Below, piece after piece: positions 1-7,866 of a DNA stretch of 14,844 nt; position 1 is the stretch's first letter; every line of letters begins with the position of its first letter. The DNA lies in NCBI GenBank assembly GCA_048881705.1, contig JBHLSH010000088.1, positions 1-14,844 of the forward strand, in the 5' to 3' direction. A program made the translations under genes and the position numbers. Origin of the DNA: Candidatus Heimdallarchaeota archaeon. GTDB lineage: Archaea; Asgardarchaeota; Heimdallarchaeia; Hodarchaeales; Hodarchaeaceae. Below the pieces are notes generated by a model. It searched no databases and was not told where the DNA came from. It saw only the letters and a program-made list of their open reading frames with translations.

Positions 1-399
1 TTCCTCGCGGCTCGTTTGTTATTCTGTGTTGATTGTTATTATAATCCTTAATAAAATTTCGTTTCAGGGCTGCCAAAATACGTACAAAGGATTAAAGAAG
101 GAGTTTAATTATCACACTGGCAAAAGAGAACATGAAAGTGTTCCAAATGCGGCTAAGTCAAGGGTTGTATATATTGCCAATTATCTTTCCTAACAATCAC
201 CTTATATAATGGATTTTCAGCCGTATACTAGCAGATTTCTGAGACTAAGAGGAAATAACTATTCGGTGGTACCATCTCGACGACTATACTACCAAAAACA
301 ACCAAAAATACAGTCATCGTAAAGATTCTTTTTTAGAAAAATCCCGTAGAGAAATCCCTAATCCTCCTCTTCAGGATTAACTTCTGTTTGGGTTCTACC

Positions 400-1926
400 A
401 TGAGAAAACCGTATACGCTTTTATTGAGTCTACTTTTCTTACCCCTCTTCGTACTTGGTCAAACTGTCACAGCCCATGAAGGGTACCATGATACGGTTCT
501 CGATACGGGGGATGTGACAGGCCCCATCCAATCCGCCCTAGTTGGACTCGGCCTTCTTATTTTTCTCGGTATTATTGTTTTTTCAGTTCGATTGCTCCAA
601 AAACCCCAACTTAGCATTCCTAACCCCGTAACCTATTTTCAGAAGATAAACAGTTTTAGTCAAAACGCCCGTTATTTTACTCTGCATATAGAAGGAATGA
701 GCCTCATGTACGGGGTTAGAACGATTCTTTTCAATATTTATCTACTGTACTTATTTCCTGACGGAATTGAGTTTCTGGGAGTCACTATAGGTGCGGTTTT
801 CTTTGTGGGAATCCTCCTGGCAATTGGTTCTTTGATATCCGGAATTATCTCTCCATTTGCAGGAATTTTAGTTGACCGCATCGGCAAGAAATGGTCCTTC
901 ATTTTTGGAGATTTCTGGGGAGCGATCATGATCTTAATTGTGATTCTATGGCCTATCCCCTGGGTTATCGTTGTGGCCCAGATCATTCGTTCAGCAGTAA
1001 TGTCTATACATAGTATCGCAGAGAATCCTTTTATCTATGAGCAAAGTTCCGAGAAAGAACGTGCATACTTGTTTTCAACCTTAGACGGGATGTCCACGTT
1101 GGCAATGATGAGCGGTAATCTTTTGGGAGGCGTGGTTCCTTTAGGCATTGCATTAGTGCTATATCAAACAGCCATTGTATCTGGGGCAGCTGCCATATTC
1201 GTGTTACAGATTGGACTCTTGGTTTCAGTAGCACTATGGTTAGGTAGTCTAATTCCTGCTGTGTTCTTGAAAGAGGATCCTGCTCTTCGAAAACAGGCCC
1301 AAGAATCAATTAAGACACGGATGAGCTTTAAAAATGTGACTAACTGGGGAACCGTTGGGGTTTTTGTTTTGAGTGCTATCTGTATCGGATTAGGAGCTGG
1401 AATGTTTGTTTATTTCTTTTCCCTGTTCTTTTTATTATTCTTTAATGCCAATCCAGCAGAAATTGCCGTGGTTTTCGCACTTGGCGCTTTAGTCACGGCT
1501 TTAGGAAATTTTGTTTCACCCCTCATCGCTGAAAAGTTTGGAAAAGTCCAGGTTATTGTTGGAACCCGATTACTTAGTCTTCCTTTTTTGCTTCTTCTCC
1601 CCTTTGCACCAGGATTACTTGTTGCAGGAGTTTTCTATTTACTCCGCGGGTTTTTCATGAACGCTACCACTCCAACTGAATCTGCCCTGGCGATGGAAGT
1701 GGTGAATGATTCAGAACGGGTTACCATGGAGGCGCTGAGGATTGCAGGAATGAATATCTTTACTGCGGTCGGATTCTTATTGGGCTCTTATTTGATGGAT
1801 ATTGGGGATTTCTATTCACCCTTCATTCTGGCCACGGGATTTTATCTATTGGCAGTAGTAGTTTTTTGGGCCTATTTCCGAAATGGTCGTCAGGTTCTCC
1901 CAGCAAAGACCCCTGTACCAGGCTAG
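400..1926 (+). CDS. Major facilitator superfamily transporter with an N-terminal signal-peptide-like extension and an extra TM helix
   Basis: About 12 hydrophobic segments. MFS motif A-like 'GILVDRIGKK' and second-repeat 'LIAEKFGKVQ'. The ORF track starts at TTG 388; the ATG at 400 (MRKPYTLLL) is preferred because it opens a typical n-/h-/c-region signal peptide. Confidence 0.9.
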   Translation: MRKPYTLLLSLLFLPLFVLGQTVTAHEGYHDTVLDTGDVTGPIQSALVGLGLLIFLGIIVFSVRLLQKPQLSIPNPVTYFQKINSFSQNARYFTLHIEGMSLMYGVRTILFNIYLLYLFPDGIEFLGVTIGAVFFVGILLAIGSLISGIISPFAGILVDRIGKKWSFIFGDFWGAIMILIVILWPIPWVIVVAQIIRSAVMSIHSIAENPFIYEQSSEKERAYLFSTLDGMSTLAMMSGNLLGGVVPLGIALVLYQTAIVSGAAAIFVLQIGLLVSVALWLGSLIPAVFLKEDPALRKQAQESIKTRMSFKNVTNWGTVGVFVLSAICIGLGAGMFVYFFSLFFLLFFNANPAEIAVVFALGALVTALGNFVSPLIAEKFGKVQVIVGTRLLSLPFLLLLPFAPGLLVAGVFYLLRGFFMNATTPTESALAMEVVNDSERVTMEALRIAGMNIFTAVGFLLGSYLMDIGDFYSPFILATGFYLLAVVVFWAYFRNGRQVLPAKTPVPG

Positions 1927-1943
1927 AACGTTTGATATGCGGT

Positions 1944-2105
1944 TTATCCGGCTCGCTCTTTACGTTTGGGCCGTAAACGTGTTGACCGACAGCGACGACA
2001 TTTGGTTGCACCCGGAGGATTTCGGGCATAACACTTTCTGCAAATGCTCATTTCTAAAAGTGCTTGTCGAGCGATGATTCGTTTCTCAGGATCGGTGATG
2101 GGCAT
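1944..2105 (-). CDS. rpl40e: 50S ribosomal protein L40e (eL40), 53 aa, zinc-ribbon; not in the ORF track
   Basis: Hand translation: MPITDPEKRIIARQALLEMSICRKCYARNPPGATKCRRCRSTRLRPKRKERAG*. It has CxxC...CxxC and LRPK as in the eL40 family, and a GGAG SD (2117-2114) 8 nt upstream of the ATG. Confidence 0.97.
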   Translation of the reverse strand: MPITDPEKRIIARQALLEMSICRKCYARNPPGATKCRRCRSTRLRPKRKERAG

Positions 2106-2580
2106 CGATTTAACTCCTTAAAATTATGAAGACATGAGATTTTTCGTGTTTTAGCTTGGGTTAACGCCAGAATCGTGTCAGATTCTCTAATGGAAGGGAC
2201 AACTTGAGTATAGATTTATATGCTAGTGCGAGTGGCAAAACCAGAAAAATCGGGCTTTGTATTTAGATCCAAGGCTTTGGGTGTGATTGTTATATAGTTC
2301 GCATAGCACTCCCATCTCATCGCCAAAAAACCCTCAGAATAGGGGGAGTATTCCACTTCTTAACTTTGTCGGTTAATGACCCTATTTACACTTGGATGCT
2401 GCTCTCTCTATTTAAGCCTTTTAGCCTCCCTAGGATTTCAGTAAACGTGCTACCCTCTATGATTGAGGAAAAGACCCTCGCCCCTACACTTCCTGTGGAG
2501 GCCACGATCCAGATCTGACAAAAAACCCTCCTGCCGACAAAAATTCGGCAAAAATCGTTATTATACATTTAAAATTTGAA

Positions 2581-2949
2581 ATGGAGTTTCGAGAAAAGGT
2601 TAATAAATGGGTACTTTCAAGACAGTACACGAAAAGATTAGTTATTGAGAGTGATCTTCTTATGCAGTATTATATGTCAGTTTCAGAGATCCAAGATCGG
2701 ATGAAAGCCCTTCTTAGCTGTTACACTAAAAATCGTCATTTAAAATCTCCTTTTGTAAACCAACGCTTGCTAGATCAGTTGGAGCGAATGAAAGACCCTA
2801 ATTTGCTAAATAATGATGCAGTTGCTGAGGAGATCATTACTGTCTTTCTAAACTCATTAGTTCTTGCTGGCCATTTGGGTATCGATATTGAAGGGAAAAT
2901 ATACGAATATCTGTGTCAACTCGAACGTGATACTCTGTTCGTGATGTAA
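2581..2949 (+). CDS. Hypothetical all-alpha protein; C-terminus resembles the MazG-like NTP pyrophosphatase fold
   Basis: 122-aa ATG ORF between two real genes, followed by a T-rich tract. 'AEEIITVFLNSLVLAGHLGIDIEG' resembles the MazG-family 'EELADV...LAN.LGIDLE' segment. The product call is recognition by eye only. Confidence 0.6.
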   Translation: MEFREKVNKWVLSRQYTKRLVIESDLLMQYYMSVSEIQDRMKALLSCYTKNRHLKSPFVNQRLLDQLERMKDPNLLNNDAVAEEIITVFLNSLVLAGHLGIDIEGKIYEYLCQLERDTLFVM

Positions 2950-2970
2950 TCCTCTAGATTGTACCCCTGT

Positions 2971-2979
2971 CTCTTTTTT
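2971..2979 (+). terminator. Putative oligo-T archaeal terminator
   Basis: TCTCTTTTTT-type tract about 20 nt after the stop codon of 2581..2949, in a convergent gap. Confidence 0.35.
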
Positions 2980-3013
2980 AGACCTTCATTTAATGAAACT
3001 ATCAGTCGGGGAT

Positions 3014-4147
3014 TTAGGCGAATAATGCTATTATGGAATCCCAGGTAAATATGCCTAGGATCAATCCACCGAGAACACTCAGTAGGAGACACCCCATGCC
3101 TCCAAATATCGGAAGAGGAAGTCCAGGTAAAGCCCGTTCTTCTTCTAAAAACTTAAAAGTATAATAGGCCCCAACAAACAATCCCACAAGGGTCGCAAGA
3201 AGCGGAAAAAAGTTGGCCAGCCCACTACTGATAACGACCACAGCGCTCGCAAGCATGCTAAAAAAAGCGAAATCCCCCAGTCCAATGTTTATAAGTGGAG
3301 TGGAATAGACAGGCAACGCTGGAAGCAGGGGCACTTTCTCATACCTGATCCCATTCTCTTCAAGGAACTGCATTTGTTCTTCTACTTCTGCAGCAGTTTG
3401 ACGTCCGTGATCAATAATGCCTTTCAAGGGCCCACGGAACACCGCGTAGATATCATAGATGGCCAATCCTATCAAGATGAGAAATACCGTAAGCAATCCA
3501 AGATGAATAGCAAGCATCGAACCCAGCATAGCTCCAAAAAACACCATCATTCCATTCCGCACCCAGATACGGTCAAAGGTCTGAATCCCGAATGAAACCA
3601 TTCCTAATAATCCTAAGATAAGTGCAAAGACGTACATTAGCATCTCAATGACAAAAATTTCTTGTGTTCCAACTAGAATCTTCCACGCTAAAAAATCGTT
3701 AATTCCAGCTTGGATAGCGGTGGGAAGCCACAACCAAATGAGATCTAATCCCTCGAACAGGACAACATAGCCATAAAACAGCCCAAAAACAAACCAGGAA
3801 AAGCCCATCATCGCGGCAAAAAAATAGACGAGGAGCTGGACTAGCCCTTTCCTGATTATGATCAAGACCAGAATTCCTCCAAGGAATGCCACGCCCACAT
3901 AGAAGAGCATGTTGAGGAGTGCCCCTTGTGCAATGCCGCCTACTGGATCATCAGGATTTTCTGGAATGGGAGAAATGTCAGGAGGTGCTTGCTGTATCCC
4001 CTGATAGAAATTCAGGGTCATAACGGAGAATACGATCGCTAGCAATATTACAGCGATGATGGGTAGAATAAACGCCCGAAGCTTGGCGCGTGAATCAATG
4101 TTAGTGGGAATTGGTGCAGAGGAAGTTTCAGCCGTCTCAGTACTCAT
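3014..4147 (-). CDS. Presenilin-family (peptidase A22) GxGD intramembrane aspartyl protease
   Basis: Catalytic YD (Y231-D232, 'IYDIYAVFRGPLK'), GLGD (289-292, 'IGLGDFAFFSML'), PAL-equivalent 'ALPGLP' (339-344), and about 9 TM segments. Confidence 0.95.
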   Translation of the reverse strand: MSTETAETSSAPIPTNIDSRAKLRAFILPIIAVILLAIVFSVMTLNFYQGIQQAPPDISPIPENPDDPVGGIAQGALLNMLFYVGVAFLGGILVLIIIRKGLVQLLVYFFAAMMGFSWFVFGLFYGYVVLFEGLDLIWLWLPTAIQAGINDFLAWKILVGTQEIFVIEMLMYVFALILGLLGMVSFGIQTFDRIWVRNGMMVFFGAMLGSMLAIHLGLLTVFLILIGLAIYDIYAVFRGPLKGIIDHGRQTAAEVEEQMQFLEENGIRYEKVPLLPALPVYSTPLINIGLGDFAFFSMLASAVVVISSGLANFFPLLATLVGLFVGAYYTFKFLEEERALPGLPLPIFGGMGCLLLSVLGGLILGIFTWDSIIALFA

Positions 4148-4180
4148 TTTTCACTCAATTGATACCTCAAGGCGTCTCGT

Positions 4181-4200
4181 CTTAAAATCTTCTTATATTG
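4181..4200. promoter_or_regulatory. Candidate back-to-back TATA elements in the 75-nt divergent gap between presenilin and thiL
   Basis: TTATATTG (4193-4200, +) lies 23-30 nt upstream of the thiL ATG. TTTTAAG (4187-4181, -) lies about 35-40 nt upstream of the presenilin ATG. Confidence 0.4.
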
Positions 4201-4222
4201 AAACACAAACAAGACCCTCAAG

Positions 4223-5233
4223 ATGACGCATCGGAAAACACTAGGAAAATTAGGGGAAGTAGCGACAATCAGACTATTACAAGCGTTTTTGGACACAACG
4301 CCTCATCTAGGACAAAACGAGGATGCCTATCTCTACTCTAACACCCCTCCACATATTCTCGTAAATGTAGATACCATGTCAAGGGTGTCTGATTTTCTTC
4401 CACAGCAAACCTGGGCCCAAATTGGAACCAAACTTGTTGCAACAACTTTTTCCGATCTTGCGGCAAAAGGAGCGCTGCCTGAACTGTTCTTGGCGTCACT
4501 GGTACTTGAAAACTCCATGCATGAAGAGGAACTGAAAGAGCTGGTTTCATCAATCCAAATTACGGCCCACAAATACCAAGCCCAATACCTAGGTGGAGAT
4601 CTAGGTTCTTCACAAGAAACGGTCTTGACAGGCGTGGGAATTGGATCCATTCCATCAGGAAAAATCTTGACTAGACGTGACGCTACCATAGGAGATCTAG
4701 TATGTGTTACGGGTTATTTTGGCCTTACTACGATAGGACTTGATTACCTTCTATCTCCAGAGCAACGGAGAGTCTCTGATGTGCCCGCTGATCTTATGAA
4801 CCGTGCATTGAACCTTCTTTTCGAGCCTAAGCCACAAATTTTGGCTGGAAGGGTGCTCAGTGAGCATCGGCTGGCAACAGCATCAATTGATTGTTCAGAT
4901 GGATTAGCCATATCCCTTCATTGGCTAGCTCAAGCCTCAAATGTAGGAATTTTACTCCGTACGCTGCCAATCTACCCCGAACTTGAACCATATTTGGAAA
5001 CAAATTCGGTGGCCCAAGACATCACCCTATACGGCGGAGAGGAATATGTTCTTGTTTTCACTATCTCCCCTACGCAACTCGACGAGCTAAAACGTACTTT
5101 TGAGCAGAACGATCTAAAATACCTTGTAATCGGGGAATGTGTATCAAATCCTGGCGTCTTTCTAGAAGTTGGTGATACTCCCACGCCCGTCCCAATGCGA
5201 GGTTGGGATGCCTTTCAAGGAGGTATACGATAG
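4223..5233 (+). CDS. thiL: Thiamine-monophosphate kinase (PurM/AIRS family)
   Basis: 'LGE', 'EDA', 'VNVD', 'FSDLAAKGA', 'LGGD', 'GDLVCVTG', 'IDCSDGL', 'GGEEY' and C-terminal 'GWDAF' follow the ThiL motif order. Confidence 0.9.
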   Translation: MTHRKTLGKLGEVATIRLLQAFLDTTPHLGQNEDAYLYSNTPPHILVNVDTMSRVSDFLPQQTWAQIGTKLVATTFSDLAAKGALPELFLASLVLENSMHEEELKELVSSIQITAHKYQAQYLGGDLGSSQETVLTGVGIGSIPSGKILTRRDATIGDLVCVTGYFGLTTIGLDYLLSPEQRRVSDVPADLMNRALNLLFEPKPQILAGRVLSEHRLATASIDCSDGLAISLHWLAQASNVGILLRTLPIYPELEPYLETNSVAQDITLYGGEEYVLVFTISPTQLDELKRTFEQNDLKYLVIGECVSNPGVFLEVGDTPTPVPMRGWDAFQGGIR

Positions 5234-5235
5234 TA

Positions 5236-5306
5236 TGCGCCGACCGGGACTCGAACCCGGGCCACCAGTGTGGCAGACTGGAGTCCTACCACTAGACTAT
5301 CGGCGC
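5236..5306 (-). tRNA. tRNA-Gly(GCC), intron-less, 71 nt, CCA not encoded
   Basis: Full cloverleaf: GCGCCGA/TCGGCGC acceptor, GTCT/GGAC D-stem, CCAGT-CTGCCAC-ACTGG anticodon arm, CCGGG-TTCGAGT-CCCGG T-arm, discriminator A. Confidence 0.98.
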
Positions 5307-5379
5307 AAACCATTCTTGAAGATTTTTTAGAGAGTTTTGAGCCATTCTTTCCCCCTAAACTTTGATTTAAAAGTTCCAT

Positions 5380-6168
5380 CTAGTCTGTCAGGTTAATAGC
5401 AATCCATTTCAAAACGCCGCACAGAGTCGATACCTCCCGTCCAGTAACATAACCTCGGGAGAGGACGTTTGAGAATGCTTGTTTCGCAACCCGTTGCTTT
5501 TCTGGATAATATTTTGAGCGTTGAATTACCTGTTCGAAATATTCGAGTAGTTGCTGTTTTTCCTGATATTTTGCCGCTCGGTGTTTAGAACCATCATCCA
5601 TGGTTTGGGGCAATTTACAAAATCTTTGATGCAGAAAATAAATTATAATTGCCACGGCGTGAGAGAGATTCATGACTGGGTAAATTTCCTCTGTTGGAAT
5701 GCTGATTACCAAGTCGCAAAGACCGATTTCTTTATTAGAAAGGCCGTACTGTTCACGACCGAATACGACCGCTAGATTTTCACTCCCAATATCAGTGGAT
5801 AACAACGCTTCTGGTGGTAGTGCTACACGTAGTAGATTATAATCGCCACCAGTACGGGCCGTAGTTCCAATTAAAAAACTGAAACTGTCCCTTACTCTTT
5901 GAAAATCATCAAAAATTCTGACAGAATCGATGATCGTTCCTGCTCGCCTTGCCACCGCCATTATTTCTGAAAGATGACCCTGATCCGTGAGATCCAAAGC
6001 AGGATCAACGAGAATGAGATTCAAAATCCCAAAATTCATTGCAACACGTGCAATGCTTCCTAAATTTTGAGGTTTTGAAGGCCCAACCAAAACGATCGAC
6101 AAAGCGTCTCCTAGAGTCTTTTTCTCGTATGGATTATGCAAGATATGGCCTCTCAAATGGTTAAACAT
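5380..6168 (-). CDS. trmJ: TrmJ-family SPOUT tRNA (C32/U32) 2'-O-methyltransferase
   Basis: 'IVLVGP..PQNLGSIARVAMNFG', 'GTTAR', 'VFGRE..GLSNKE', 'YPVMNLSHAV' are TrmJ/LasT-type SPOUT motifs. Confidence 0.9.
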   Translation of the reverse strand: MFNHLRGHILHNPYEKKTLGDALSIVLVGPSKPQNLGSIARVAMNFGILNLILVDPALDLTDQGHLSEIMAVARRAGTIIDSVRIFDDFQRVRDSFSFLIGTTARTGGDYNLLRVALPPEALLSTDIGSENLAVVFGREQYGLSNKEIGLCDLVISIPTEEIYPVMNLSHAVAIIIYFLHQRFCKLPQTMDDGSKHRAAKYQEKQQLLEYFEQVIQRSKYYPEKQRVAKQAFSNVLSRGYVTGREVSTLCGVLKWIAINLTD

Positions 6169-6177
6169 TCTTCTATC

Positions 6178-6185
6178 AAAAAAAA
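6178..6185 (-). terminator. T8 tract immediately 3' of tRNA-Leu
   Basis: Eight consecutive T on the minus strand, 4 nt after the discriminator base. Oligo-T tracts are established archaeal terminators. Confidence 0.5.
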
Positions 6186-6189
6186 TGAA

Positions 6190-6355
6190 TGCGGGGGAGG
6201 GGATTTGAACCCCCGGACTTCTATAAGACTGGATCGCTTATATATGGCTATTAAGCCAACAGATCTTAAGTCCAGCGCCTTTGGTCGGCGCCTTGTGATA
6301 ACATAGAGTTATCATCTAGCCCTGATATCCTTTGACCTGGCTTGGCTACCCCCGC
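6190..6355 (-). tRNA. tRNA-Leu(TAA) with two introns: D-loop 21/22 (6331-6281, 51 nt) and canonical 37/38 (6264-6235, 30 nt); mature 85 nt, type II variable arm
   Basis: Removing both inserts gives GCGGGGGTAGCCAAGCCAGGTCAAAGGCGCTGGACTTAAGATCCAGTCTTATAGAAGTCCGGGGGTTCAAATCCCCTCCCCCGCA. The central helices GGTC/GACC and CTTA/TAAG are each flanked by 3-nt bulges. Confidence 0.93.
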
Positions 6356-6451
6356 TTCAAACGGGGCATTCTACATTTCAAATTGTTCGAATAATCTGTT
6401 CTAAGGGGTTTTTAATTCTTAAGAGGATGAATTCACCGAAAATTAAAAGGT

Positions 6452-7783
6452 TTAACGTTTTTCTTCGCCCATGAGATAGGTTGGCCCCGCATCTATTATT
6501 TGAACCTGAATGAAATCTCCTATCTTAACATTACCCCCAGAAAGCACCACGGGCAAATAGGACGAATTTCGCCCGACAAACTGGGCGGGATATTTTCCAC
6601 GTTCATTGATTAACATCGTCCCTTCCCACCCTACCCATTTTTTCAGTTCTCTGTATGTAATTTGACGAATAAGGGTTCCTATTTCTTGGCTTCGCTTCGC
6701 CTTAATATGGGAGGGTACTTTATTGCCCATTTGGGCTGCAAATGTTCCAGGTCGATCTGTGTATTTAGAAAGGTTAACAATGGCGGGCCGAACTTCTTTA
6801 AGTAGGTCACGGGTGGCTGCATAATCCTGGGGGGATTCCCCGGGGAAACCTACGATTACATCTGTGGCTAGGGTAAACATAGGAACTTCTTCTCTCAAGT
6901 GGCGAACTAGATCGGTGAAATATTTGGCGGTCTCCAGACGACGCATCGCACGGAGTATTGAGTTCGCCCCTGATTGGATTGGAAGGTGAAGATGTGTATA
7001 GATCTTTTCTTGCATTAGTTGCTCTATAAGTGGATCTATATATCTTGCCACAGATTTAGGGGTCATCATCCCGAGTCTTACAAAGAATTGCTCTGGAAAA
7101 GTAGCAATCGAACGCAATAGCGAAGTAATATCCTGTCGTGGCCTCAAGTCCCAGCCATAGGGTCCCACATCTTGCGAGGTTAACCGTATCTCCTTAACTC
7201 CAGTTGTAAGGGCGATTTTAATCTCATGGAGAATATTATCTGGACTACGTGACCGAAGATGCCCTTTTGTGCTTTTGACGATACAAAATGTGCATTGGCC
7301 GAGGCACCCGCGGCTGATTTCAATATTACCTACCACTGGGTTGAAACGGATTCGTGAAGCATCGTAAAGACGGGCCCAGTCGGCGGGATCTTCCCAAGTG
7401 GTGTTAATAAGCGGTATATCCTCCAACAATCCAGGGAGCTGATCCGCGTTTTCCGGAAACAGAATTTTGGCGGCAGGAACATGTTGTTCGACCCAACTCT
7501 GCATCGCTACGGGCAGACAGCCTGTGACAACAACCTCTTTTGTTTCGGCCAAGGACAATAGGAGACTTTTCATTCGATGCTCCGTATTTTGCTTTACAAT
7601 ACAGGTGTTTACCACCACCGTCTCCGCCTCATCAACCGATGACGTGATGGCATAACCAGTGTCGCGTAAAATACCCATCATTCCCTCAGCTATACTGAGA
7701 TTGGCAGTACAGCCATAATTCATCACTGCTACTATTTTTTTCTGTTCTTGGGCCTGCTGCATTGATTTTAGTCCCGGATGCAA
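6452..7783 (-). CDS. mtaB: MiaB-like radical-SAM tRNA methylthiotransferase of the archaeal/eukaryotic MtaB (CDKAL1-like) type
   Basis: UPF0004 domain cysteines ('NYGCTAN', 'VNTCIVK', 'VTGCLP'), CxxxCxxC ('GCLGQCTFCIVK'), 'TSQDVGPYG', 'HLPIQSG', 'IVGFPGE' and a C-terminal TRAM-like domain. The start may instead be the ATG at 7762. The subfamily call is inferred. Confidence 0.85.
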   Translation of the reverse strand: MHPGLKSMQQAQEQKKIVAVMNYGCTANLSIAEGMMGILRDTGYAITSSVDEAETVVVNTCIVKQNTEHRMKSLLLSLAETKEVVVTGCLPVAMQSWVEQHVPAAKILFPENADQLPGLLEDIPLINTTWEDPADWARLYDASRIRFNPVVGNIEISRGCLGQCTFCIVKSTKGHLRSRSPDNILHEIKIALTTGVKEIRLTSQDVGPYGWDLRPRQDITSLLRSIATFPEQFFVRLGMMTPKSVARYIDPLIEQLMQEKIYTHLHLPIQSGANSILRAMRRLETAKYFTDLVRHLREEVPMFTLATDVIVGFPGESPQDYAATRDLLKEVRPAIVNLSKYTDRPGTFAAQMGNKVPSHIKAKRSQEIGTLIRQITYRELKKWVGWEGTMLINERGKYPAQFVGRNSSYLPVVLSGGNVKIGDFIQVQIIDAGPTYLMGEEKR

Positions 7784-7866
7784 AATTTTGCGGTAAGCTT
7801 TTTTTAGTCTATGAAGAACTACCTTATGCTGGAAATTCCTTTACACTTCCAGTAGGGGTAGATCTT

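Noticed and set aside
291-310. ACCAAAAACA/ACCAAAAATA tandem repeat
   Set aside because: Two low-complexity units only; not a CRISPR array or iteron array.
1823-2077. ORFs 1823..2029 (-) and 1883..2077 (+)
   Set aside because: They are alternative-frame or antisense shadows of rpl40e and the MFS 3' end.
4223-5233. ThiL motif deviations (EDA for DDA, TTFSD for xNLSD, GEEY for GEDY) as a sign of altered function
   Set aside because: The main Mg/ATP-binding aspartates appear retained, so this is within normal family variation.
6291-6328. Actively spliced nested intron inside the Leu D-loop intron
   Set aside because: All five possible junction registers were tested by hand, and none gives a 4-bp central helix with a flanking helix. 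The strong TGATAAC/GTTATCA hairpin would dominate.
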